This document shows positions 10,258 to 19,979 of a stretch of DNA of 64,000 nucleotides, piece after piece. The stretch is taken from NCBI GenBank assembly GCA_963710375.1, contig CAVPZX010000003.1, forward strand, positions 32,001-96,000, read 5' to 3'. This DNA comes from Nitrospirota bacterium. Its GTDB lineage: Bacteria; Nitrospirota; Thermodesulfovibrionia; Thermodesulfovibrionales; Dissulfurispiraceae. Positions within the stretch are counted from its first letter, which is position 1, and each line of letters starts with the position of its first letter. Below the pieces are notes generated by a model, which saw only the letters and a program-made list of their open reading frames with translations, had not been told where the DNA came from and made no database searches. Both the position numbers and the translations under genes were made by a program.

Positions 10258-10285
10258 CAAGATGCCCCAAGATAGAGGAGGACGA

Positions 10286-10834
10286 GTGAAACCTGCGTTG
10301 GTGTTAGTGGATATTCAGCAAGATTATTTCCCGGGCGGAAGGATGGAAGTTGTCAGGGCAACCGAGGCGAGCATTGTCGCAAGAAGGCTTTTAGAACATT
10401 TTAGAGAAAACGAATTGCCGGTTATTTACATACAGCATATTTCGACGCGGGCAGGAGCTGCTTTTTTCCTGCCGGATACGGAAGGAGTAAACATTCATGA
10501 AAGTGTTGCGCCGTTGCCTGATGAAACTATCATCGAGAAGCATTTTCCGAACAGTTTTCGAAATACCAGGCTACATGAATATCTCGCAGCCAGAGGAATC
10601 AAGGAGCTTGTGTTTTGCGGGATGATGTCGCACATGTGTATTGATGCTACAGTAAGGGCAGCCTTTGATAATGGATACTCCTGTATTGTTGCTCACGATG
10701 CTTGTGCAGCAAGGAATTTAGTTTTCAATGGGACCGATATTCCGGCAACGCATGTGCATGGGGCGTATATGGCTGCGCTAGGAGCAGTTTATGCGAAGGT
10801 GTTAAGCGCTGAAGAAATAATCGGGATGCTGTGA
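10286..10834 (+). CDS. Cysteine hydrolase (isochorismatase family)
   Basis: LVLVDIQQDYF and GMMSHMCIDATVR motifs; GTG start after GAGGAGG. Confidence 0.9.
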   Translation: MKPALVLVDIQQDYFPGGRMEVVRATEASIVARRLLEHFRENELPVIYIQHISTRAGAAFFLPDTEGVNIHESVAPLPDETIIEKHFPNSFRNTRLHEYLAARGIKELVFCGMMSHMCIDATVRAAFDNGYSCIVAHDACAARNLVFNGTDIPATHVHGAYMAALGAVYAKVLSAEEIIGML

Positions 10835-10841
10835 AACACCG

Positions 10842-12488
10842 CTACTGATACCACTCAGCCCGGTTCCTGGGCACATACCAGTGAATGAAATCGTAGTCTA
10901 TGCCCAGAGGGGCCTTTACCACGCCTTTAATGCGTTTGTTCAGTACAGGAAGGGCGTCGGGAACATAGAGGAATGCATATGGCTGTTCTTCGGCAAGTAT
11001 CTGGTGGATCCTGTGGTATATCATTTTTCGTTTCTCCAAAGAGAAGGTGCGCCTGCCTTCGAGCAGCAGCCGGTCCACGGTATCGTTTCTGTATGAGATA
11101 AAATTGAATTCACCCTCTTTGGTTTTTGAAGAATGAAAGATATCGTAAATATCAGGGTCGCGTGAGAGCGCCCACCCCAGAATAACAGCCTCGAAACGTT
11201 TTTTATCAATAAAATCGTGCAGCATTGCCTGCCACTCAAGTACTTTAATTTTTATTTCGATGCCGACCAGTTTGAGTTGTTCTTTCAGTATCTCTGCGGT
11301 TTTGATCCTCTCATCGTTCCCCTGGTTGACGAGAACCGTGAAGGAAAATGTTCTGCCGTCTTTTTCAAGCAGCCCTGAAGAATTCATCTTCCATCCAGCT
11401 TCAGCAAGCATGGCAAGCGCCTTTGCCGGGCTGTAGTCGTAATCTTTTATATCTGGACTATAGGCCCATGATTCAGGGGGGAAAGGGCCGGTGCAGGGAG
11501 TGCCGTATCCTAAGAGGACCCCGGCTATAATCTCTTTTTTGTTGATGGCGTGCGCTATTGCCTGCCTCACCCGCACATCGATGAAAAGCGGATTAAGCAG
11601 ATTGTATCCCATGTAGGTGTATCCGAACGATGGGTACCTGAATTTTTGGAAATATTTATTGAAGAAAGCTGAATTTGCCTGGAGCTTGTATTGAGGAGGG
11701 GTCAATCCCATGAAATCGATGCCGCCGAATTTCAGCTCCAGGAACATTGTTGCAGTATCCGGGATTATGCGATATATGACTTTGTCAATATTCGGTTTCC
11801 CCTCGAAATAGTTGTCGAAGGCATCGAGTACGATTTTTTGTCCGGTCACCCATTCGGTAAGCTTGTAAGGGCCATTTCCGACAGGGTGCCGGTTGATTTC
11901 AGGTGATGAAAGGTCCTTACCCTCAAGCAGGTGCTTTGGCACTATACCCATGCCCCATGATTCAAGCGCAGGGGCAAAAGGTTCTTTGTAGGTAACCTGG
12001 ACTGTATATTTATCGATTGCCTTAACGCTCCTGACAGGCCCGTATATGCTGCTGTACGGTGTAGGCACTTTGGGATCGATTACTTTATTGTAGGTGAAAA
12101 TAACGTCATCAGCAGTGAGTTCCACGCCATCCTGCCATCTGACGCCCTTACGAAGGTGAAAGGTGATACGCAGCCCATCGGTGCTCACTTCCCACGACTT
12201 GGCAATATCGCCGGTCAGCCGTATGTTCTTGTCATACTTTACCAGGCCATGATAAATAAACCCGCTTATTTCTCCTGATGAGCTGTCAGAGGCAAGGAAA
12301 GGAAGCAGCCGTTTGGCATCAGCAAGTGATCCCATCGTAATGTCATTTGGGTATTTGATATCAGGCGCACGTGAACAACCGGGTAAAAACGTGAAAAGCA
12401 AAGACAAAAAAAGTGAAACGTGAAACGTGAATAGTGAATAGTTAAAAGAAAGAAAGGCTGTCTTTTCTTTTATCCTTTCACTCTTCAC
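10842..12488 (-). CDS. Peptide/nickel ABC transporter substrate-binding lipoprotein (family 5)
   Basis: Lipobox LPGC; FHLRKGVRWQDGVELTADDV, PVGNGPY and VRQAIAHAIN motifs. Confidence 0.9.
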   Translation of the reverse strand: MKSERIKEKTAFLSFNYSLFTFHVSLFLSLLFTFLPGCSRAPDIKYPNDITMGSLADAKRLLPFLASDSSSGEISGFIYHGLVKYDKNIRLTGDIAKSWEVSTDGLRITFHLRKGVRWQDGVELTADDVIFTYNKVIDPKVPTPYSSIYGPVRSVKAIDKYTVQVTYKEPFAPALESWGMGIVPKHLLEGKDLSSPEINRHPVGNGPYKLTEWVTGQKIVLDAFDNYFEGKPNIDKVIYRIIPDTATMFLELKFGGIDFMGLTPPQYKLQANSAFFNKYFQKFRYPSFGYTYMGYNLLNPLFIDVRVRQAIAHAINKKEIIAGVLLGYGTPCTGPFPPESWAYSPDIKDYDYSPAKALAMLAEAGWKMNSSGLLEKDGRTFSFTVLVNQGNDERIKTAEILKEQLKLVGIEIKIKVLEWQAMLHDFIDKKRFEAVILGWALSRDPDIYDIFHSSKTKEGEFNFISYRNDTVDRLLLEGRRTFSLEKRKMIYHRIHQILAEEQPYAFLYVPDALPVLNKRIKGVVKAPLGIDYDFIHWYVPRNRAEWYQ

Positions 12489-12510
12489 TATTCACTATTC
12501 ACGTTTCACT
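12413..12510. repeat. Heptamer tandem-repeat hairpin (GTGAAAC/GTGAATA units and their inverse)
   Basis: gtgaaac gtgaaac gtgaata gtgaata at 12413-12440, then tcttcac tattcac tattcac gtttcac up to 12509. Confidence 0.85.
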
Positions 12511-12853
12511 TAGCCGGCTGTGGCGGTTGCTGCGGCAATGGCTGCTGCTGCATTGGCTGTTGTGGCAGTTGTTGAGGAACAGCAGTTCTCTGTTGAGCGG
12601 CTGGGACTTCCTTGATGACGGACGCGTGTTTATTGGCCACCATGGACAAAATCAGGGATGTCAGCATAAATACGATCGCAGAACCTGTTGTGAGTTTGCT
12701 GAGAAACGTGGAGGCTCCCCTGCTTCCAAAGATTGTTTGGCTTGAGCCGCCGAATGCCGCGCCCATTTCCGCGCCTTTGCCGCCCTGCAGCAAGACGATC
12801 GAAATCAAGAACAGGCAGCAAACAACGTGTATAACTACTAAAAGTGTGGCCAT
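12506..12853 (-). CDS. secG: Preprotein translocase subunit SecG
   Basis: VLLQGGKGAEMGAAFGGSSQTIFGSRG; downstream of tpiA. Confidence 0.95.
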   Translation of the reverse strand: MATLLVVIHVVCCLFLISIVLLQGGKGAEMGAAFGGSSQTIFGSRGASTFLSKLTTGSAIVFMLTSLILSMVANKHASVIKEVPAAQQRTAVPQQLPQQPMQQQPLPQQPPQPAK

Positions 12854-12885
12854 AAAACAAATCCCTCCGTAAGTTTATAGTTTTT

Positions 12886-13635
12886 TTACAAGATGGTCTT
12901 GAATTTTACAATTCTCGCAAAACTGTCAGCCTTCAGACTGGCGCCGCCTACAAGGGCCCCGTCCACATCGGCACAGTTCATCAGAGCATCTATATTATCG
13001 GGCGTTACGCTGCCGCCGTAAAGAATTCTGATCTCACCTGCGGCTGACCCGTACAGGGCTGCCAGTCTTTCACGTATGTAATGATGGGCATCCTGTGCCT
13101 GTTCCGTTGTTGCGGTCTTGCCGGTGCCGATCGCCCAAATCGGCTCATACGCAACTATTATGCCGTCTGAAGGGACATCTTTCAGCCCTTCCAATATCTC
13201 GCGGTTTAAAACGTCGAATGTCTTTCCAGCCTCACGCTCATCAAGGGACTCTCCTATACAAAAGATGACCTTCAGGTCATGTTTTCTTGCAATCTTTGTC
13301 TTCCGGTTAAGGATTTCATCTGTTTCTTTGAAATACTGGCGTCTTTCCGAATGGCCGATGATAACATGGCTGCACCCGGCATCAGTAAGCATGGATGGAG
13401 CGATCTCTCCGGTATATGCCCCTTTCTCCTCATAGAACATGTTCTGCGCGGCAAGATGTATGGGACTGTTTGCCAGGAGACCCGCAGCAGCGTAAATGGA
13501 GGTGAAGGGAGGAGCGATAACAATGTCGACGTTGTTAGCATGCTCAATTAGCGGAATGAATTCGTTCAGAAACGCCCGGGTTTCCGCGGCGGTCTTGTTC
13601 ATCTTCCAGTTGGCAGCTATACATGGCTTACGCAT
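12886..13635 (-). CDS. tpiA: Triosephosphate isomerase
   Basis: NWKM, IGHSERR, AYEPIWAIGTG and LVGGASL motifs. Confidence 0.98.
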   Translation of the reverse strand: MRKPCIAANWKMNKTAAETRAFLNEFIPLIEHANNVDIVIAPPFTSIYAAAGLLANSPIHLAAQNMFYEEKGAYTGEIAPSMLTDAGCSHVIIGHSERRQYFKETDEILNRKTKIARKHDLKVIFCIGESLDEREAGKTFDVLNREILEGLKDVPSDGIIVAYEPIWAIGTGKTATTEQAQDAHHYIRERLAALYGSAAGEIRILYGGSVTPDNIDALMNCADVDGALVGGASLKADSFARIVKFKTIL

Positions 13636-13641
13636 CTTTAT

Positions 13642-13670
13642 ACTCTAACGAATCGGAAACTACCTGTCAA
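13642..13670 (-). promoter_or_regulatory. sigma70 promoter of tpiA (predicts a leaderless mRNA)
   Basis: TTGACA-N17-TAGAGT-N6-ATG. Confidence 0.7.
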
Positions 13671-13688
13671 GGCCGGCATCAATATTCT

Positions 13689-13860
13689 GGTAGTGGGCCA
13701 GTTTGTTTTTGCTCTGTATCACCTGGGTTATCAGCAGTGGGCGAGTAACGCCGAGCCCAAATATATAGGAAGTGGCGACCACAGATTATGCTCAAAACAG
13801 GCCAATGATTGAATTGAACGGCTAATTGATACAGAGCAAAAACAAACTGGCCCACTACAC
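13689..13860. mobile_element. MITE, family B, with IS1-like ends
   Basis: Perfect 32-bp inverted repeats at 13690-13721 and 13827-13858; left end GGTAGTG; degenerate flanks AATATTCT/AATATGCC. Confidence 0.75.
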
Positions 13861-13875
13861 AATATGCCCGTCGAA

Positions 13876-13905
13876 TTGACTTGTATTAATTCTGATAAGT
13901 ATAAT
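13876..13905 (+). promoter_or_regulatory. sigma70 promoter of lysS
   Basis: TTGACT-N18-TATAAT, 9 nt before the ATG; no SD. Confidence 0.7.
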
Positions 13906-13914
13906 TAAAATCTT

Positions 13915-15396
13915 ATGGATGAAATTAATGATCTTATAGAACAGCGCCTTAAAAAGTTGGGCGAATTGCGCCTGAGCGGTACCGACCCCTATGATGGCAA
14001 ATTCAATCCCGAAGCCCATGCGGAAGATTTGAAATCGGCACACCGTAATGACACAAAAGAGCATTTCGAAACCGAGGCCGTATACACCTCTGTTGCAGGC
14101 AGGTTGGTGGCAATGCGGGACTTTGGAAAGGCCTCGTTCGCCCATATCCAGGACTCTACCGGAAAGATCCAGATATACCTGAAGAAAGACGTGCTCAATG
14201 AACAATATGCTCTCGTGAAAAAGCTGGACATCGGTGATATAGTAGGAATTTCGGGCAGGGTGTTCAGGACTAAAACTGAAGAACTCACGATTCAGGTGGA
14301 AAAGATTGTTTTGCTGAGCAAGTCACTCAGGCCGCTTCCTGAGAAATGGCACGGGTTGAAGGACATAGAAATGCGCTACCGTCAACGCTACGTCGATCTC
14401 ATCGTCAATCCCGAGGTAAAGGACATCTTTGCGGCGAGGAGCGCCATTATAAAGGCGATCAGGGATTTTCTCGAGCAAAAAGGCTTTATTGAGGTTGAAA
14501 CGCCTATGATGCACCAGATACCCGGCGGCGCAGCTGCGCGTCCTTTCAGTACTCACCATAACGCTCTTGATATGGACCTTTATCTCAGGATCGCTCCCGA
14601 GCTATACCTCAAGCGCCTGCTCGTGGGAGGGTATGAGAAAGTTTTTGAGTTGAACAAAAATTTCAGGAATGAAGGCATATCGACAAGGCATAATCCCGAA
14701 TTTACGATGCTGGAATTCTATATGGCATATAAGGACTACACGTATCTGATGTCCTTTACCGAGGAGTTTTTCTCTTTTGTGGCAAATAAGGCAGTGGGAG
14801 TTTTGAAAATCCCATACGGCGATGTGGTGATCGATTTGACGCCTCCGTGGCCTAGGATTCCCATGCTCGATGCGCTTAAACAGAAGGGTGTGCCTGACGA
14901 CGTCATTACAGACGTCAAAAAAGCTGTCGATTGGGCGCGAGCAAAGAAGCTTGATATTCCTGACGGCGCTTCCCACGGCAAGGTAATCGATGAGATTTTC
15001 AAGGAGTTTGTAGAACCTGAATTGATACAACCTACCTTTATCACCGACTACCCTGTTGAAATCTCTCCGTTAGCCAAGAGAAAGGCTGATAATCCCGAAC
15101 TGGTGGAACGGTTTGAGCTTTTCATTGCTGCCAGGGAGATTGCCAACGCCTTTTCAGAGTTGAACGATCCCATTGACCAGAAAGAGAGGCTTTCAAAACA
15201 GGCGCAGGCAAAGCGGGAAGGGGACGAAGAGGCCCACTGGATGGACGAAGACTTTGTACGGGCACTGGAATACGGCATGCCTCCGGCAGCTGGTGAGGGT
15301 ATAGGCATAGACAGGCTTGTAATGCTTTTTACAGGTTCCCAGTCAATAAGGGATGTTATTCTATTCCCGCAGTTGAAGCCGGAACAGCAACAATAA
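13915..15396 (+). CDS. lysS: Lysyl-tRNA synthetase (class II)
   Basis: YRQRYVDL, LRIAPELYLKRL, FRNEG and EYGMPPAAGEGIGIDRL motifs. Confidence 0.98.
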   Translation: MDEINDLIEQRLKKLGELRLSGTDPYDGKFNPEAHAEDLKSAHRNDTKEHFETEAVYTSVAGRLVAMRDFGKASFAHIQDSTGKIQIYLKKDVLNEQYALVKKLDIGDIVGISGRVFRTKTEELTIQVEKIVLLSKSLRPLPEKWHGLKDIEMRYRQRYVDLIVNPEVKDIFAARSAIIKAIRDFLEQKGFIEVETPMMHQIPGGAAARPFSTHHNALDMDLYLRIAPELYLKRLLVGGYEKVFELNKNFRNEGISTRHNPEFTMLEFYMAYKDYTYLMSFTEEFFSFVANKAVGVLKIPYGDVVIDLTPPWPRIPMLDALKQKGVPDDVITDVKKAVDWARAKKLDIPDGASHGKVIDEIFKEFVEPELIQPTFITDYPVEISPLAKRKADNPELVERFELFIAAREIANAFSELNDPIDQKERLSKQAQAKREGDEEAHWMDEDFVRALEYGMPPAAGEGIGIDRLVMLFTGSQSIRDVILFPQLKPEQQQ

Positions 15397-15404
15397 AGAA
15401 CAGG

Positions 15405-16634
15405 ATGAACCTTCCCTATCCGCTCTTTATCGCCTTAAGGTACCTGAGATCCAAGAGACAAAACCGGGGCGTTTCTTTTAATACCATAATCTCCATAAGT
15501 GGGGTCGCCGTGGGTGTCATGGCGCTGCTGGTCGTGCTGTCCGTCATGAGCGGCTTCCGTGAAGACCTCCAGAAAAAAATTCTGGGCGCCAATGCGCATG
15601 CCATTGTCGAGAGTTACCGCGGCCCTATAGATAATTACGCTCCGCTGATCGCAGAACTCAGGCGTGTGCCGCATGTGGTCTCGGTTTCGCCTTTTGTCAT
15701 CGGTCAGGTGATGGTAACGAAGGGCAACAGGGCCCACGGCGTTTTTTTAAGGGGCATAGATCCTGCTACAGAATACGGCACAACAGATATTTTGAAACAT
15801 ATTGTCTCCGGCAGCGCCGGGGATCTCATTGGAAAAGATGGGGTCCCAGGGATCATCATAGGCAGCGAACTATCGTCAATGCTCGGGGTGACTACAGGTG
15901 AGAAGATCAATATTGTTTCACCTGAGGGTCAGATGGGGCCGCTCGGAATGCTGCCTAAAGTAAAGCAGTTCAGGGTTGCAGCTATTTTTGAGATGGGCAT
16001 GTTTGAGTATGATTCGAGCCTTGTACTTACCGGTATGAATGATGCCCGGAATTTCTTCGGCCTCGGAGATTCCATCTCCGGTATAGAACTGCGTCTTGAT
16101 GACATTTACAAGGCCCCGGAAGTCCGGAAATCGGTGGAGGCAATGCTTGGGTTCCCTTACGATGTCAGGGACTGGATGCAGATGAACCGGAACCTGTTTT
16201 CGGCCTTGAATCTCGAGAAATTTGCGATGTTTATCATATTGATACTTATCGTTCTGGTCGCGTCGTTTAATATTGTCAGCACGCTCATGATGAGCGTTAT
16301 GGAAAAGCAGAAGGAGATAGCGATACTAAAGACCATGGGAGCCACTCATCAGGGCGTCATGGCCATATTCATGCTACAGGGACTGCTTATCGGTCTTGTC
16401 GGCACCCTGCTGGGCGTATCCGGCGGTTATATTCTCGGCAGGTTGCTTAACGATTACCAGCTGATAAAACTCCCGGCAGACGTGTACTATCTGAGCAAGC
16501 TGCCGGTAAAGATGAAGCTCATCGATTTTCTGGTTGTTTCCGCGTCAGCCGTCACGATCAGTTTCCTTTCCACGATTTATCCATCGTACTATGCGGCAAA
16601 ATTGGACCCTGCAGAACCTTTGAGGTATGAGTGA
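15405..16634 (+). CDS. lolE: Lipoprotein-releasing ABC transporter permease LolC/E
   Basis: VLSVMSGF, WMQMNRNLFSAL and KEIAILKTMGA motifs. Confidence 0.92.
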   Translation: MNLPYPLFIALRYLRSKRQNRGVSFNTIISISGVAVGVMALLVVLSVMSGFREDLQKKILGANAHAIVESYRGPIDNYAPLIAELRRVPHVVSVSPFVIGQVMVTKGNRAHGVFLRGIDPATEYGTTDILKHIVSGSAGDLIGKDGVPGIIIGSELSSMLGVTTGEKINIVSPEGQMGPLGMLPKVKQFRVAAIFEMGMFEYDSSLVLTGMNDARNFFGLGDSISGIELRLDDIYKAPEVRKSVEAMLGFPYDVRDWMQMNRNLFSALNLEKFAMFIILILIVLVASFNIVSTLMMSVMEKQKEIAILKTMGATHQGVMAIFMLQGLLIGLVGTLLGVSGGYILGRLLNDYQLIKLPADVYYLSKLPVKMKLIDFLVVSASAVTISFLSTIYPSYYAAKLDPAEPLRYE

Positions 16635-17017
16635 TGTTCAAACTTATTAAAAGAACTATATGTCTTTTGGTTATTGCGGTGATTGTTTTTGTTGTGATCG
16701 CCCTGCGGAGCGGCGGCGAGAAATTCAGATGGTTCGGCGAAAAGTCCGGAGGCGTGATAAAGGAAACCGGTGAGAAGCTCGGTCAAAAGGCGGATGAGCT
16801 CAAGGGAAAAAAGGATGAGGCTGTCAGTACCATAGAAAAAATTACTGGTAGAGACAAAAAAGACACACAAGATGCATCATCTGAGACTTCCAAGGAACAA
16901 GAGAGAAAGCCTGAAACCGGCAGCGCGGAAGAGAACGGAAATAAGACCGCTGGAAATTCACAGCATACGCTGTGGGACAGCATCATGGAAAAGATCAGGG
17001 CACTGACTAAGAGGTAG
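16631..17017 (+). CDS. Hypothetical protein with N-terminal TM/signal and charged C-terminus
   Basis: Translationally coupled ORF between lolE and lolD. Confidence 0.7.
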   Translation: MMFKLIKRTICLLVIAVIVFVVIALRSGGEKFRWFGEKSGGVIKETGEKLGQKADELKGKKDEAVSTIEKITGRDKKDTQDASSETSKEQERKPETGSAEENGNKTAGNSQHTLWDSIMEKIRALTKR

Positions 17018-17024
17018 ACGGACG

Positions 17025-17732
17025 ATGCATGAACTGATAACTGTCGCCGGGCTGAAAAAGTCTTTTTATACTCCTGCAGGAGAATTGAGGGTATTAAGAG
17101 GCATAGACACGGTTTTCCATGAGGGGGAAATTGTCAGCATCGTTGGTGTTTCCGGAGTGGGCAAAAGCACTTTTCTCCACATTATGGGCACTCTTGACCG
17201 GCCCACTGAAGGCACCGTTATTTATAATGTTAAAGGAGACGTTGTTGACCCCTTTACACTTGGCAACGGTCAGCTCGCATCATTCCGTAATCGTGTAATA
17301 GGGTTTGTGTTCCAGTTCCACTATCTTTTGCCGGAGTTCAGCGCCCTTGAGAATGTTATGATGCCCGGCTTGCTCATGCAACGCGGGAGTAAACCGACGA
17401 ATGGGACCGGACAGGTGCGGGAACGGGCTGAGAAGTTGTTGGATGATCTCGGTGTTTATGCGCGGCGGGGCCATAAACCCGGGGAATTGTCAGGCGGCGA
17501 GCAGCAGCGAGTGGCAGTTGCAAGGGCACTCTTGCTGGAGCCCAGGGTTGTGCTTGCGGATGAGCCGACCGGCAACCTCGACACCGCTACAGGGGAAGAG
17601 CTTTTCAGGCTTTTAATGGATGTGAACGCGAAAAGCGGTGTCACCTTCATTGTCGTGACTCATAATGAGTCATTGTCGAGAAAGTGTCATAGAACGCTGG
17701 AGATGGTTGACGGCGGGATGACGGTTTCGTAA
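17025..17732 (+). CDS. lolD: Lipoprotein-releasing ABC transporter ATPase LolD
   Basis: GVSGVGKST, GFVFQFHYLL, LSGGEQQRVA and DEPTGNLD motifs. Confidence 0.92.
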   Translation: MHELITVAGLKKSFYTPAGELRVLRGIDTVFHEGEIVSIVGVSGVGKSTFLHIMGTLDRPTEGTVIYNVKGDVVDPFTLGNGQLASFRNRVIGFVFQFHYLLPEFSALENVMMPGLLMQRGSKPTNGTGQVRERAEKLLDDLGVYARRGHKPGELSGGEQQRVAVARALLLEPRVVLADEPTGNLDTATGEELFRLLMDVNAKSGVTFIVVTHNESLSRKCHRTLEMVDGGMTVS

Positions 17733-17885
17733 AAAGTCCATATGCTGAGTTCCACCCCGTCAAGTCTGCGCCTTGCCAGGGACCCCGGGCGTTGCGCTGC
17801 ATCCTGCGTCACTGCGGCGTACCAAAAGTACGCCTCATTCCTTGGGATTTGTGCGCCTTGCCTATGAACTTTTTACGAAACCGTC
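17720..17885 (+). mobile_element. MITE family C, copy 1 (166 bp = 124-bp unit plus 42-bp insert)
   Basis: TIR GACGGTTTCGTAAAAAGT...ACTTTTTACGAAACCGTC; interior similar to the copies at 22287 and 29168. Confidence 0.85.
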
Positions 17886-17975
17886 TATTTGTCACTTGAT
17901 TTGGATTTTTTTGATTGAACATAGTGTTGTAAATCGGTTAAGATATTCAGCCTGTTATTGATCGGAGGAGTCGAA

Positions 17976-19869
17976 ATTAAAATTATATTGCCTGACGGTG
18001 CGGAACAAGTAGTAGAGAAGTCCGAGCTGCAGAAACTCATCGAATCATCTCGCGCTATCGCAATCAGCGTCAACGGAAATTTAGTGGACATGGCGTCACT
18101 GGACGCCCTTGCTCCTGAGTCTGTAATAGAACTGGTTAACGCACAATCAAAAGAGGGGAAAGAGATTTACCGCCACAGCACATCTCACATCATGGCCCAC
18201 GCCGTGAAGGAATTGTTTCCCGATGTTAAATTTGCCATAGGCCCTGCCACAGAAGAAGGCTTTTATTATGACTTTGACAGGGCTGAACACTTTGCCCCTG
18301 AGGACCTTGAAAAAATTGAAAAGAGGATGAAGGAGATTATCAAGCAGAACAAGCCCTTTGTAAGGAAAGAGATTGCAAGAGATGAGGCAATAGCACGTTT
18401 CAGGGAAATGGATGAACCATACAAGGTTGAACTGCTTGAGGATATTTCCGATGCCACAGTCTCGCTGTATGAAGAGGGCGGGTTTGTTGACCTTTGCAGA
18501 GGGCCGCATCTGTCCCGGACCGGAAGAGTTAAGGCATTCAAACTCTTGAGTATTGCGGGGGCCTACTGGCGCGGCAGCGAAAAGAACAAAATGCTCCAGA
18601 GGATATACGGAACTGCCTTTGATACAAAAGAGGAGCTCAAGTCATACCTAGATTATCTTGAAGAGGTCAAAAAACGTGATCATCGCAAGCTTGGCAAAGA
18701 ACTGGATCTTTTCAGCATAAGCGACGAAATCGGACCCGGCCTGATTCTCTGGCACCCGAATGGAGCAATAATCAGAAAGACAATAGAGGACTTCTGGAGG
18801 AACGAGCATCTCAAGGCGGACTATAAAATCCTTTTTTCACCGCATATTGCGAGGCTGCATTTATGGCAGGAGAGCGGGCACTGGGACTTTTACAGGGAAA
18901 ACATGTACTCCCCGATGGAAATAGACGAAATTGCCTACGAGTTGAAGCCGATGAATTGTCCTTTCCATATCAACATATATAAAAGTCAGCTCAGGAGCTA
19001 CCGGCACCTGCCGCTGAGGTATGCTGAACTCGGCACGGTATACAGGTACGAAAGGTCCGGCACGCTGCACGGACTTATGCGGGTGAGGGGTTTTACCCAG
19101 GATGATGCGCATATATTCTGCAGGGAGGACCAGATCGAGGAGGAAATCGTGAATATACTCGATTTCACGCTTTTCATTCTCAGGACCTTCGGATTTGACT
19201 CATACGATATATATCTTTCTACCAGACCTGAGAAATATGTGGGCGCCCTTGACAACTGGGAGCATGCGACAAATGCCTTGAAGCAGGCGCTTGAGAAGAA
19301 GGGATTGCCCTACGTTGTAGACCCCGGAGAAGGCGTTTTTTACGGGCCCAAGATAGATATAAAGATAAAGGACTCTCTGAACAGGGCATGGCAGTGCAGC
19401 ACCATACAGGTTCAACTTCAATCTCCCCGAGAGGTTCGATACGGTATACAGGGGTAGTGACGGCAAAGAGCACAGGCCCATTATGATCCATCGCGCATTA
19501 ATGGGATCGCTGGAACGCTTTTTCGGTGTTCTTATCGAGCATTATGCAGGTGTCTTCCCGCTCTGGCTTGCTCCGGTACAGGTGTCGGTTTTGACAATTG
19601 CGGAAAGGCATGACGTCTATGCCCGGCAGGTATATGAGGCGCTCAAACGCGCCGGTATAAGGTCCGAAACAAATACCGACAACGAGAAGATAGGGTACAA
19701 GATCCGTGAAGCCACGATGAGAAAAGTTCCATATTTGATTATAATAGGGGACAAAGAACTCGAGGATCAGAAAGTTACTGTAAGAAAGCGTGATGGTGAA
19801 AATATCGGGCCATTTACAATAGACGAATTTATGTTGATAATAGTAGAAGAAATAAATTCTCGTAAATGA
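17976..19869 (+). CDS. thrS: Threonyl-tRNA synthetase (+1 frameshift near 19412; probable ATT start)
   Basis: RHSTSH, DLCRGPH, KPMNCPFH, FTQDDAH and MIHRALMGSLERF motifs; removing one base joins the two ORFs. Confidence 0.95.
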
Positions 19870-19959
19870 GCGAATGAGTAAATGGGCATATGAGTATAAT
19901 TAACTCTTGACCCGTACATGCATATACTCATATACTCATTTATCCATTTACCCATTTAT
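19865..19959. repeat. Octamer tandem-repeat hairpin between thrS and infC
   Basis: aatgagcg aatgagta aatgggca tatgagta ... tatactca tatactca tttatcca tttaccca. Confidence 0.8.
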
Positions 19960-19979
19960 AAAAACGTGGAGGTGAGAAC

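Noticed and set aside
12413..12510. Short repeats as CRISPR arrays
   Set aside because: Units are 6-8 nt, have no unique spacers, and no cas genes are present.
17720..17960. T-box riboswitch upstream of thrS
   Set aside because: No T-box consensus (UGGnACC bulge) was recognised; the structure is explained by MITE-C.
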